In this document: positions 19,010-28,350 of the stretch, in pieces | Layout of the letters: each line of letters starts with the position of its first letter | How positions within the stretch are numbered: the stretch's first letter is position 1 | NCBI GenBank assembly: GCA_963827685.1 | Contig: CAWHBU010000001.1 | Coordinates: forward strand, 288,001-352,000 | Reading direction: 5' to 3' | Length of the DNA: 64,000 nt | From: an uncultured delta proteobacterium | GTDB lineage: Bacteria > Desulfobacterota > BSN033 > UBA1163 | The notes under the pieces: model-generated | Told to the model about the DNA's origin: nothing | Seen by the model: the letters and a program-made list of their open reading frames with translations, nothing else | Databases searched by the model: none | Program-made: the position numbers and the translations under genes

Positions 19010-19516
19010 ATGGGGAACGAGGCAAAGGTCAAGGTGGGGGGTATCATGTCAAGTTCGGGTCTCGCGACAGTGAGTATCCTTTCGTTGCCGAATCGGCCTG
19101 ATGTTGCCGGGACAGTCCTCCACGCGCTGGGGAAGCGGAATATCAATATCGAATTTGTCGTCCACAACCTCGACCTCGAAGGCAATGGGAACATGACTTT
19201 TTGCATCGACCAAAAGGATCTGGAGGCCGCTTTGGCGGTACTGGAAGGAGTCAAACCTCTGATCGAGGCGAAGGGGATTTCTTATTATCCCAATGTGGCG
19301 GTGATCAGCGTTTTCGGCCCTCACTTCAGGGAGAGGCCGATGATCTCCGGTTTAATGTTCAATGCCTTGGGAACAACAGGCATCAATGTATTGGCGATTA
19401 GCACCTCGATCTCAAGTTGTTCCTGCCTCATCCAAGCAGATCAGGCAGAAGATGCCATGAGGGCCCTTCACGAAACCTTTGAGGCTCCCCATCAGGTCAC
19501 GAAGTTTGCACCATAG
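19010..19516 (+). CDS. ACT-domain protein (aspartokinase regulatory-subunit-like)
   Basis: PNRPDVAG...INIE and GINVLAISTS ACT motifs. Confidence 0.8.
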   Translation: MGNEAKVKVGGIMSSSGLATVSILSLPNRPDVAGTVLHALGKRNINIEFVVHNLDLEGNGNMTFCIDQKDLEAALAVLEGVKPLIEAKGISYYPNVAVISVFGPHFRERPMISGLMFNALGTTGINVLAISTSISSCSCLIQADQAEDAMRALHETFEAPHQVTKFAP

Positions 19517-19528
19517 GTGGAAAGTAAC

Positions 19529-19612
19529 GTGTCCGTGCCTGGCGCTGAAGTGCTTCGCCTGCCTGCGCGAAGCCGCTTCGGCGAAGGCAGGGCACGCAAG
19601 CGTGTCCGTAGC
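19529..19612. repeat. Triple-nested palindromic elements
   Basis: gtgtccgtg[cctggcgctgaagtgcttcg[cctgcctgcgcgaagccgcttcggcgaaggcagg]gcacgcaagcgtg]tccgtagc. Confidence 0.7.
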
Positions 19613-19680
19613 CAAATGAGACTAATAATCCCCCCTCGCCCCCCTTTACTAAAGGGGGGTTGGGGGGTTAAGGAGTTTTT

Positions 19681-19941
19681 GTGGAAAAAACTCTTGAGAG
19701 ATTAGCTGAACAGATTCTTTCCTTTGATGAGGCCTCCCTGTTCAACCTGAGGGAGAAGTATCGTTTGAAGATTGAGCATTTTGATGGAACAAAGGACTGG
19801 GAAAAGTCGGTGATCATCTACTGCATCATCAATGCCGTCAGCTCGAAAAATACCCTCTTCAACGAGAATGTGCTGAAGAGGAAGGAAGAAAGGGAGAGAA
19901 AGCCACCCAAGGGTTACTCTACTCTAAAACGAGTTAAGTAA
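19681..19941 (+). CDS. Conserved hypothetical protein
   Basis: AAGGAG RBS with GTG start; FDEASL...WEKSVII...KN..FN pattern. Confidence 0.75.
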   Translation: MEKTLERLAEQILSFDEASLFNLREKYRLKIEHFDGTKDWEKSVIIYCIINAVSSKNTLFNENVLKRKEERERKPPKGYSTLKRVK

Positions 19942-19942
19942 A

Positions 19943-20036
19943 CCCCGTTAGAAATTCCGGCGGGGCAATAAACTCCGCCGGAATTATTTAGAATGTAACC
20001 CCGCTGCAGAGCAGCGGGTCATTATTTCTAACGGGG
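19943..20036. mobile_element. MITE with 13-bp TIRs (CCCCGTTAGAAAT) and TAAA direct repeats, carrying an IS200 right-end hairpin
   Basis: Perfect TIRs; TAAA at 19939-19942 and 20037-20040; 19997-20024 matches the reverse complement of 60570-60597 at 25/28. Confidence 0.75.
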
Positions 20037-20069
20037 TAAATGGAGCTCCACGGACAAGCCCCGAGGGGC

Positions 20070-20235
20070 TCAATTGGCCACGGTCTTGGTCTCAGGCCGG
20101 ACGAACCACCCATCATCCTCGGGCCTGAGGATGAAGCAGTTATCAATGAGAATATGATTTTCTCCATTGAAATCAATCCCATTGGTCCCGCATTCGGGGC
20201 GATTGGGATTGAAGAAGACATCATCTTCCCCCCCA
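20070..20235 (+). pseudogene. C-terminal fragment of an M24 (Xaa-Pro) peptidase
   Basis: IGHGLGL..DEPP, ENMIFSIE, GIEEDI; no N-terminal part. Confidence 0.65.
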
Positions 20236-20432
20236 ATGCTTACGGCGAGCGGGCAGTGGATAGTGTAGCCTGCAGTCCGGCTTCTATTTGGTTCAACCTA
20301 CTATAGGTACCTCCACTTTTTTCTTCGCCTACTACAGGTTGTGGCATAAATGGGCAAAAAAGGATTTAACACTTGACAAAGTGGGGGCCGGTATGCTAAC
20401 ATTGTGAATTAAAATTACAAGGAGGCTGGTTT

Positions 20433-21068
20433 ATGGAACTTAGTAAAACGCTAATACGCACAGAGCATCCTCCCCATCTAAGGGCTTACAATAAAAATAG
20501 GCTTCCCTTCTCTCGTATCTTCCGCAAGGCTGCCCTTTTTATCATCATCTTCATCATCTCCTTTCATGTCCCCAATTTCATTCCCAGTCTCGATCAAAGA
20601 GGGCGGACTATTAAAGAGATCCTGGAGATATTAGAGAAGCAACCGACGGGTCTGGCCAATGTGACAAAAGAGGAACTTGCTGAGGTCATCTACGAAGAGG
20701 CCACTCGTTACAATCACGACCCAAAATTCATCCTGGCTCTCATCGCCATTGAGAGTGAGTTCTATAACTGGTCCGTGTCTGAAAAGGGTGCCAAAGGGCT
20801 GATGCAGATTATGCCATATGTGGCACAGTCCCTCTCCCCAGAACTGGGTATTGAATGGAGCGGAGACAGGACCCTTTTTAACCCCTACCTCAATATAAGA
20901 ATTGGAATTTATTATCTTTCCCAGCTCATCCTTGACTTCAAGGATATCGAGGTCGCCCTGACGGCTTATAACTATGGTCCTACATATGTCAAAGGCCTTA
21001 TTGAGAGAAAAGAGCGGATTCCCCACGACTATTACCGCAAATTCCTAACAGTCTACCGAAGCATTTAG
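20433..21068 (+). CDS. Lytic transglycosylase (SLT domain) with N-terminal TM anchor
   Basis: IAIES, GAKGLMQIMP, ALTAYNYGP. Confidence 0.92.
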   Translation: MELSKTLIRTEHPPHLRAYNKNRLPFSRIFRKAALFIIIFIISFHVPNFIPSLDQRGRTIKEILEILEKQPTGLANVTKEELAEVIYEEATRYNHDPKFILALIAIESEFYNWSVSEKGAKGLMQIMPYVAQSLSPELGIEWSGDRTLFNPYLNIRIGIYYLSQLILDFKDIEVALTAYNYGPTYVKGLIERKERIPHDYYRKFLTVYRSI

Positions 21069-21327
21069 TTTGTATCGAGGAGGATTTCTGCCTGCGGCAG
21101 GAAGGAATCCCTCTTCGTTTTGACCCATCCCCCCTCTTTTATGGAGCCCCATGAGCGAGCCAATGGTACCAGCCCAAACGCCCCTTCGGGGGCAACACCC
21201 CGCGACCAGACAACTAATTCGCCCGCGGATAAACCTGTAGTTCTCTTAGTGTCAGGATAGAATTCCTTAATATTTTGTGGTAATTTATAATTATAAAGTG
21301 AGAATTCTCTCAGGGAGTGACGTTAAA

Positions 21328-22233
21328 GTGTCTTTCACCCCTTCCTATATCAGTCTTTTTCAAAAAGGAGAGCTCCAACAGAGGATACAGTGTTTGAAAG
21401 AACTTCTCAAGGAGTGTCGGCTTTGCCCGCGGGAGTGTAAGGTCAATCGCCTGGATGGAGAGGTGGGATACTGTGGTGCTGGCGCAGAACCCATGATTTC
21501 CAGTGCCTTTCCCCATTTCGGTGAGGAGCCACCTTTGGTCGGATATCACGGGTCAGGGACCATCTTCCTCGCCAACTGTAACCTTCGGTGTATCTTCTGC
21601 CAAAATTATGATATCAGCCATTTCGGAAATGGCGAACGCATTACCTCCTCAGATATGGCACGGGTTATGGTGAGGCTCCAAGAGATGGGTTGCCACAACA
21701 TCAACTTTGTCACCCCTACTCACTATGCCCCCCAAATTGTAGCCTCTCTTCCCGAAGCGGTCGAGAAGGGTCTTCGGCTTCCCCTTGTCTATAACTGCTC
21801 TGGATATGAATCCATAGAGGTGATTCGACTCTTGGAAGGGGTGGTCGATATCTACATGCCCGATGCAAAATATATGGACCAAAAGCATTCAAAGCAATTT
21901 TCGAATGCTCTGGACTATCCTGAGGTAGTCAAAAAGGTTCTCAAAGAGATGTACCGCCAGGTCGGAGACCTGACCACCAATTCTGAAGGGATTGCCGAAA
22001 GAGGACTCTTGATCAGACACCTGGTGATGCCAGATGGAGTCGCTTCTTCGGAAGCAGTTCTCAAGTTTATCGCTGAGGAGATCTCTGTTCATTCCTATAT
22101 TAACATCATGGACCAATATCGGCCCGAATACCAAGCCCATGAATATCCTGAGATCAATCGCCGTATCACCCGCAAAGAATATCTCGAAGTGATTCAGTGG
22201 GCTAAGCGCCACCAACTCCATCGAGGTTTTTAG
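21328..22233 (+). CDS. PflX-like radical SAM protein
   Basis: CRLCPREC, HFGEEP, CNLRCIFCQN, LLIRHLVMP; start codon uncertain. Confidence 0.9.
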   Translation: MSFTPSYISLFQKGELQQRIQCLKELLKECRLCPRECKVNRLDGEVGYCGAGAEPMISSAFPHFGEEPPLVGYHGSGTIFLANCNLRCIFCQNYDISHFGNGERITSSDMARVMVRLQEMGCHNINFVTPTHYAPQIVASLPEAVEKGLRLPLVYNCSGYESIEVIRLLEGVVDIYMPDAKYMDQKHSKQFSNALDYPEVVKKVLKEMYRQVGDLTTNSEGIAERGLLIRHLVMPDGVASSEAVLKFIAEEISVHSYINIMDQYRPEYQAHEYPEINRRITRKEYLEVIQWAKRHQLHRGF

Positions 22234-23124
22234 GTGAAATTACAGGAAGCTCTCCGAGAGATCCGATCCTTAAAGGAGAAGGTCCGATCCCTTACCAAAG
22301 AGATTGAATCCATCAAGGCCACTTCTCCAGAAGACCCTTCTCAAGTTGAGAAGATGCTCAAGATGAGGGGGATCAAAGTAATGCGGAAGAATCCCACTGA
22401 CCGCCTATTCTTTCCCCCGGATCTTTCTCCTTTTCACAAAGCCCGATTTTACGAGGTGATGAAGAAATACTCTTTTCGTCTGGTTCTGAGAGATATGATC
22501 AAATACCAGGATCGGTTTCGTATCCAGGATCTGACCCATTACTGTTCTTCCAAGGTGGTTCAAGGATATTGCGACCTGCTCTGCGAAATGGGGGCCATTA
22601 TGAAAAATGGAAGGGGAACATATCGAACCTGCGTCTCCCCCCTTTACAGTTTCGGACCCACCTTGGAATGGTTCATCGCGGAGTTGTTCAAAAGGGAATT
22701 TGCTTCTCCTTCAATCTATGGAGTGAGTGTGAAGAAGACTCCTTCTGGGGGTGACTATGATGTCATTGCCTGCTGGAATCAAAGGCTCGTCTATGTGGAA
22801 GTAAAATCCTCCCCTCCCAAAGGAGTTGAACGAAACGAGATTTCTTCTTTCTTTTCCAGAATCGATGATATCCTACCGGAAGTGGCCTTCCTCTTCAATG
22901 ATACACAGTTAAGGATGAAGGATAAATTGGTCGTGATGTTTGAGGAGGAATTAGAAAGGAGATATGGAAGGGAGTCCAAGACATCCTATCCAGTGGAAAG
23001 ACTGATCGAGGAACTCTTCCATGTCCAAAATCATGTTTTTATCGTCAACAGCAAGAAGGATGTCGTGGAGAATTTCCAGCTCTGCCTCAAATACTATCTT
23101 CATTATGGGGTGAAGGGAAGATGA
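22234..23124 (+). CDS. Hypothetical protein with a C-terminal PD-(D/E)XK-like fold
   Basis: GPTLEWF...GGDYDV...VYVEVKS; abuts pflX and overlaps polX. Confidence 0.75.
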   Translation: MKLQEALREIRSLKEKVRSLTKEIESIKATSPEDPSQVEKMLKMRGIKVMRKNPTDRLFFPPDLSPFHKARFYEVMKKYSFRLVLRDMIKYQDRFRIQDLTHYCSSKVVQGYCDLLCEMGAIMKNGRGTYRTCVSPLYSFGPTLEWFIAELFKREFASPSIYGVSVKKTPSGGDYDVIACWNQRLVYVEVKSSPPKGVERNEISSFFSRIDDILPEVAFLFNDTQLRMKDKLVVMFEEELERRYGRESKTSYPVERLIEELFHVQNHVFIVNSKKDVVENFQLCLKYYLHYGVKGR

Positions 23125-24836
23125 AAAATAGGGAGCTCGCCGATCTCTTTGAAAAGATGGCAGACATTTTGGAATTTAAAGGTGAGAATCCTTTTAAGAT
23201 CAGCGCCTACCGAAAGGCTTCAAGAATCATTGGGGATCTCACGCAAGACATTGAAGAGATCGCTGAACAGGGAAAACTCAAGAACATCCCGGGGATTGGC
23301 GAAGGGATGGCTCAGAAGATTGTGGAATATCTTAAAACAGGAAAAATCTCCAAATTTGAGGACGTCAGAAAGGGAGTATCCGATGAATTGATCGCCATCA
23401 TGGATATCCCAGGAATGGGACCCAAGACCCTTTCCATGCTTCACAGGGAGAAGGGAATCAGTAACTTCTCCCAATTGGAGAAGGCATTGGAGGACGGATC
23501 CCTGATGGGTCTCTTCGGAATAGGTGAGAAAAAGATAGAAAACATCAAACGGGGAATCCTACTCCTTAAGCAGAGCAAAGGCAGGATGAATTTAGGCGTA
23601 GCTTTTCCTGTGGCAAAACAGATTGCGGAGACCTTGAGGCAGAAGACAGGATCGAAAAAGATTGAATGGGCAGGCTCCCTTCGGAGAATGAAAGAGAATA
23701 TTGGAGACATCGACATTTTGGCCACTGGGCCGGATAAGAGAAAAATCGTTCAGGCATTTACGCATCTTCCAGAAGTCAAAGAGGTCTTAGCCTCTGGAGA
23801 GACCAAGGCCTCTGTCATCGTGGAAGGGGGAACGCAGATTGACCTTCGTGTGGTAGAAGAAGGTTCCTATGGTGCAGCGCTTCAATATTTTACCGGATCG
23901 AAGGGGCACAACATTCATCTGAGAGGAATCGCCAAGGCCAAAGGGATCAAGATCAATGAATACGGGGTTTTCAAAGGAGAGAAGAAGATCGGAGGGAAAG
24001 AAGAGAATGATGTCTATCGTGTGCTGGGGATGGACTGGATTGACCCCGAACTTCGTGAAGATCGTGGAGAGATCGAAGCGGCACAGAAAGGGCGACTTCC
24101 TAAGCTTGTTCAGGAATCTGAAATCAAGGGAGACCTTCATGTCCACTCCAAATGGAGCGATGGCATCTCCTCGATTGAAGAGACTGCCAAAGCTGCCCAG
24201 AAGAGGGGTTATCAATATGTGGCGGTCTGCGATCACTCGAAGTCTCTTAAGATTGCCCATGGGCTTGATGAATCGAGGGTGATGAAACAGATTGAGGAGA
24301 TTGATCACCTCAATGAAAAACTTAAAGGCTTTCAGATTCTGAAAGGGACCGAGGTCGATATCCTCGCGGACGGAAAGTTAGACCTTTCCGAAAAAATATT
24401 GGAGAAACTCGATATCGTCGTAGGAGCCATCCACAGTGGGTTTAAACAGGATAGGGGAAAGATGACGAAAAGGATCGTTCGAGCTTTGGAAAATCCTTAC
24501 ATTCATATCCTTGCCCATCCCACTGGCAGACTATTGGGAGCAAGGGACCCCTATGAAGTTGAGATTGAAGAATTGATGGAGGCTGCCAAGAAATATGGAA
24601 AAGCTTTGGAAATCAATGCCTACTTCGAACGCCTCGATTTGGATGATATCCATTGCCGGAAAGCAAAAGAGATGGGAATACGAGTGGGGATCGGAACCGA
24701 TTCTCACCATTTAGACCAGATGTGGATGATCAGTCTGGGAGTGGCTGTGGCAAGGCGCGGTTGGCTCGAAACCAAAGATGTTCTCAATACGTTTTCCCTA
24801 AAAGAAATTCTGAAGTGGTGCCATTCTCGGAAATAG
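23121..24836 (+). CDS. polX: DNA polymerase X / PHP 3'-5' exonuclease
   Basis: GSLRR, GDIDIL, YFTGS, INEYG, DLHVHSKWSDG, AHPTGR. Confidence 0.95.
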   Translation: MKNRELADLFEKMADILEFKGENPFKISAYRKASRIIGDLTQDIEEIAEQGKLKNIPGIGEGMAQKIVEYLKTGKISKFEDVRKGVSDELIAIMDIPGMGPKTLSMLHREKGISNFSQLEKALEDGSLMGLFGIGEKKIENIKRGILLLKQSKGRMNLGVAFPVAKQIAETLRQKTGSKKIEWAGSLRRMKENIGDIDILATGPDKRKIVQAFTHLPEVKEVLASGETKASVIVEGGTQIDLRVVEEGSYGAALQYFTGSKGHNIHLRGIAKAKGIKINEYGVFKGEKKIGGKEENDVYRVLGMDWIDPELREDRGEIEAAQKGRLPKLVQESEIKGDLHVHSKWSDGISSIEETAKAAQKRGYQYVAVCDHSKSLKIAHGLDESRVMKQIEEIDHLNEKLKGFQILKGTEVDILADGKLDLSEKILEKLDIVVGAIHSGFKQDRGKMTKRIVRALENPYIHILAHPTGRLLGARDPYEVEIEELMEAAKKYGKALEINAYFERLDLDDIHCRKAKEMGIRVGIGTDSHHLDQMWMISLGVAVARRGWLETKDVLNTFSLKEILKWCHSRK

Positions 24837-24910
24837 GGTTTAGGGGTTAGGTTTTAGCTAATCCCTTTCTGCGGCAGAAAGGTCTAAATTCAAATCTCTA
24901 ATCCCACATT

Positions 24911-25729
24911 TTAGAACCAGCGAAAGAGCTGTTTAATATCCTCTACATATTCGGGGAATGGAGCGGGAGTGAAGGAGAGGAAAAATGCGAGAAAAACAAA
25001 GCCTCCGAGTAACTTTCTTTTCCAATCAAGGGGGGTTTGATCATCCATCGGGGGTGGATGCCGGAATCCAAAGAGGATGATGAGGATGAGAAGGAGGAAC
25101 CATCCTGGATTGTAAAATACGGTGATAAAAGCCATCACGGCAATGGCAATGAGGAAGATAACCCGGCTCCTTTTTCCAAAGAGGCCATAAGCGATGTGGC
25201 CTCCATCTAACTGTCCGATGGGAAGAAGATTGAGGGAGGTGACAAAAAGGCCAACCCATCCCGCAAATCCGATTGGGTGGAGAACAATCTCATAATTTTC
25301 TGAAATCTCTCCTGAAACCAAACGCTGGATGAAGGAGAAGAGGAGAGGGTCTGCAAGGCGGAGCATTCCCTCTTTAATGTGTGAGGCAGGGACCACTTTG
25401 GAGAGTCTTAAGCCGATTACGATTGCGGGGATACTGAGGACAAGACTGGTAAGAGGGCCTGCCACACCGGTGTCGAAAAGGGCCTTTCGAGAAGAGACAG
25501 TGCTTTCCATGCGGATGACCGCACCCAGTGTCCCGAAAGGTGGGAGGGGGAAGGGCAAGAAAAAGGGCAAAGTCGCCCTTATCCCATACCTCCGTGACAT
25601 CAAATAATGGCCCATTTCGTGTCCAAAGAGGATGAGGATAACTGCAAAAGAATAAACAGGGCCTCCGACGATCCACGTGGAGGCCACTGTCAAAATGAAA
25701 AGCACAATATGGAGGGTATATCTTCGCAT
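24911..25729 (-). CDS. Site-2 protease (M50 family)
   Basis: HEMGH, AGP, NLLPIGQLDGGH. Confidence 0.92.
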   Translation of the reverse strand: MRRYTLHIVLFILTVASTWIVGGPVYSFAVILILFGHEMGHYLMSRRYGIRATLPFFLPFPLPPFGTLGAVIRMESTVSSRKALFDTGVAGPLTSLVLSIPAIVIGLRLSKVVPASHIKEGMLRLADPLLFSFIQRLVSGEISENYEIVLHPIGFAGWVGLFVTSLNLLPIGQLDGGHIAYGLFGKRSRVIFLIAIAVMAFITVFYNPGWFLLLILIILFGFRHPPPMDDQTPLDWKRKLLGGFVFLAFFLSFTPAPFPEYVEDIKQLFRWF

Positions 25730-25737
25730 TAAAATAA

Positions 25738-25830
25738 TTATTTCTTTTTCTTATGACGATCCCGGTCTAATTGCTTTTTGTGTTTGTGTTTTCGCATCTT
25801 CTTTCGGCGTTTCTTGACTACGCTTCCCAT
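25738..25830 (-). CDS. 30-aa AURKAIP1/COX24-domain protein (ribosomal bS22/mS38-like)
   Basis: MGSVVKKRRKKMRKHKHKKQLDRDRHKKKK; AGGAG RBS; absent from the ORF track. Confidence 0.9.
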   Translation of the reverse strand: MGSVVKKRRKKMRKHKHKKQLDRDRHKKKK

Positions 25831-25877
25831 GATCTCGTCTCCTTTCTTATGTATCCATATTGTAATCCAAACATCAC

Positions 25878-25983
25878 GCTCCCCCTCTCCCTGTCCCTCT
25901 CCCGCCAAGGGAGAGGGACCCTAATGGGATAATCCACTTAAAAATCCCTCCCCCTTGATGGGGGAGGGAAAGGGTGGGGGTGA
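25878..25983. repeat. Inverted pair of REP-like palindromes
   Basis: ccctctcccgccaagggagaggg ... ccctcccccttgatgggggagggaaagggtggggg. Confidence 0.8.
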
Positions 25984-25987
25984 ACTA

Positions 25988-26221
25988 TTAATCTACAATC
26001 ACATTGGTCTGAGTTCTCAGTACGCCGGAGAGTCCCTGGAGTTTGGTAACAATGAAATCGCCAAGGATATTGATGTCCGGAGCCTCTACCAGAACGATGA
26101 CATCATAAGGACCCGTTGTCGCATTGGCTCGCTTCACCCCTTGGATCTTAGCAGCCTCCTTCGCTACATCCCTGGCAGCCCCTGCCGTACACTCAACAAA
26201 GACGTAAGCTGAAATCGGCAT
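25988..26221 (-). CDS. Lrp/AsnC ligand-binding domain protein
   Basis: AYVFV, TTGPYDVIV, GVLRTQT. Confidence 0.88.
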   Translation of the reverse strand: MPISAYVFVECTAGAARDVAKEAAKIQGVKRANATTGPYDVIVLVEAPDINILGDFIVTKLQGLSGVLRTQTNVIVD

Positions 26222-26295
26222 ACAACCACCTCCTTCTGAAAAAAGAGATTATATCAAACCTTGTCCGATTTCAAGTTTAAAAAATTCGGATATTC

Positions 26296-27132
26296 TCATT
26301 TGACTTTACTCAGCTCTTTCTCATCGATGTGGAAACTGTGCTGGTCCGTTGGAAATGTCCCTTTCAACACCTCCTCTCTGTAAGATTCAACGGCTTTGAG
26401 GACCAGTTCGCTCAGGTTGACATATCTTTTAGCAAATTTGGGCGTGAAGCGATCGAACAGTCCCAGCACATCATGGACAACCAATACCTGCCCATCACAA
26501 TGAACACCTGCACCGATTCCAATGGTTGGGACCTTCAAGCGCTCTGTAATCCTTTTTGAAATGGGCGCTGGGACGGCTTCGAGGAGAACAGAGAAGGCGC
26601 CTGCCTCTTCAAGTGACAGGGCGTCATCAATGATCTTCTGGGCAGCCTGAGCGTCCTTACCTTGAACCTTAAATCCTCCAAGCATTGAAATGGTTTGAGG
26701 CGTGAGTCCGATATGGCCCATCACCGGGATACCGGCTTTGACGATGGCCCTCACGATCTCCTTGACACTGGCGCCTCCTTCCAATTTCACAGCATCGGCT
26801 CCCCCTTCTTTCATGAATCGGCCAGCATTGAGAATAGCGTCCCTTTCAGAAGTGTTATAGGACATAAAGGGCATATCGCCGATGATCAGGGCATATTTTG
26901 CCCCACGGGTCACGGCTTTGGTGTGATGAATCATTTCATCCATGGTGACCGGGAGGGTATTCTCATAACCCAATACGGTCATCCCCAAGGAGTCCCCTAC
27001 CAGAATGATTTCGATCCCAGCCCGGTCTTCGAGCAAGGCCATGGGATAATCATATGCCGTGAGCATCGTGATTTTCTTTCCTTCTTTCTTCATCGTCTGA
27101 ATATCCACCGGAGTGATCTTTTTACGGTCCAT
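26296..27132 (-). CDS. panB: 3-methyl-2-oxobutanoate hydroxymethyltransferase
   Basis: [35 protein letters not shown]. Confidence 0.97.
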   Translation of the reverse strand: MDRKKITPVDIQTMKKEGKKITMLTAYDYPMALLEDRAGIEIILVGDSLGMTVLGYENTLPVTMDEMIHHTKAVTRGAKYALIIGDMPFMSYNTSERDAILNAGRFMKEGGADAVKLEGGASVKEIVRAIVKAGIPVMGHIGLTPQTISMLGGFKVQGKDAQAAQKIIDDALSLEEAGAFSVLLEAVPAPISKRITERLKVPTIGIGAGVHCDGQVLVVHDVLGLFDRFTPKFAKRYVNLSELVLKAVESYREEVLKGTFPTDQHSFHIDEKELSKVK

Positions 27133-27160
27133 CTTTTCCTCCTTCCATCATTTTTATCAT

Positions 27161-27273
27161 TTCCCCTCCACCCTCCCCTAGATCCCCTCCCGTCAAGGGA
27201 GGGGAGAGAAGAAGACTCCCTCTCCCCTTGCGGGAGAGCCTGCCTGCCGGTAGGCAGGGGTGCGGGGAGGGGG
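27161..27273. repeat. Inverted REP-like pair with a nested 20-bp CCTGCCTGCCGGTAGGCAGG (27239-27258)
   Basis: Removing the 20-mer restores ccccttgcgggagagggtgcggggaggggg. Confidence 0.8.
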
Positions 27274-27280
27274 CATTAAT

Positions 27281-28192
27281 TCAAAAGCTTTTCTCTATGG
27301 CTTTCACCAAATCGGTCACTGCTTGATTAAAAGGAACGGGGATCCCCAATAGTTGAGCTTCTCTCACCACGGCTCCATTGATGGCGTCGATTTCAGTTTT
27401 CCGTCTCTGATCAAAATCCTGACCCATCGAAGAGCGGTTCTCTCTGGTTGCTTCCGCTGCCTTTCGAACTCTTTCGATCGGGTCTTCTTCGATATGAACC
27501 CCTCTTCTCCTGGCGACCTCTGCCGCTTCAAGCACCAGTTTCTCCATCAACCTCGCGGTTTCAGGATAATCCAGGAGTTGACCATTCTTAAATCCGGTCA
27601 AAGCGGTCAAAGCATTGATCCCTGCGTTGACCACGAGTTTCCCCCACACTTGGTCATGGATATTCGGGGAGACTTCTGTCTCGATCCCTGCCGAATAAAA
27701 TATTTGAGCAATTCGAATGGCCCGATCGGTGATTCGATGATCCAGTTCCCCGATAAAAGTCTTCCCCCATCCAGCATGGCGAACGTGGCCTGGTTGTAGG
27801 AGCGTTGCCCCTTGGCCGGTGACTCCCAGCATGACCTTCTTCCGATTGATCTTCTTACAAATCACTTCCTCGTTCCCAAGGCCATTCTGTAAGGTAAGAA
27901 ATATCGTATCTTCCTTTTCAAGGACCAGGGCATCTGAAACCGCATTTTCGGTATCATAGGTTTTGACGAAGAAGATGACCAGATCAGCTTTTCCGACAGA
28001 GGTTACGTCGGGAGTGGCCCTCATTGGGATGATTTGCGACCCTTCCCTCTCTTCAAGGGTGAGACCGACTGAGCAGATTGTTTCGACTTGTTCCTTCTTG
28101 TAACCGACCAGCCAGAGGTCCTCTCCCGCACGGGTGAGGAGTCCGCCGAAGAGGCTTCCCATGGCTCCCGGACCGATCATCACCGTCTTCAT
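27281..28192 (-). CDS. panE: 2-dehydropantoate 2-reductase
   Basis: GPGAMG, LQNGLG, WGKLVVNAGIN, SSMGQD, TEIDAING. Confidence 0.95.
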   Translation of the reverse strand: MKTVMIGPGAMGSLFGGLLTRAGEDLWLVGYKKEQVETICSVGLTLEEREGSQIIPMRATPDVTSVGKADLVIFFVKTYDTENAVSDALVLEKEDTIFLTLQNGLGNEEVICKKINRKKVMLGVTGQGATLLQPGHVRHAGWGKTFIGELDHRITDRAIRIAQIFYSAGIETEVSPNIHDQVWGKLVVNAGINALTALTGFKNGQLLDYPETARLMEKLVLEAAEVARRRGVHIEEDPIERVRKAAEATRENRSSMGQDFDQRRKTEIDAINGAVVREAQLLGIPVPFNQAVTDLVKAIEKSF

Positions 28193-28350
28193 GGTCTTCC
28201 CTCAAATCATCGTAGATGAAAGTTAACCGAGGGCAATTGAAAAATCAAGCTTTTAAGCCCGCCACGGAGTTCAAAACTTTCGCATGACGAGGAGAGAAGG
28301 GGATAGGCGGGTTGTCACCATTTTAGAACCTTATTCGTGCTGCCTTTTTA

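Noticed and set aside
20379-20386. MraZ-box-like AAGTGGG in the transglycosylase promoter
   Set aside because: Single copy; MraZ sites are normally tandem repeats at 10-bp spacing.
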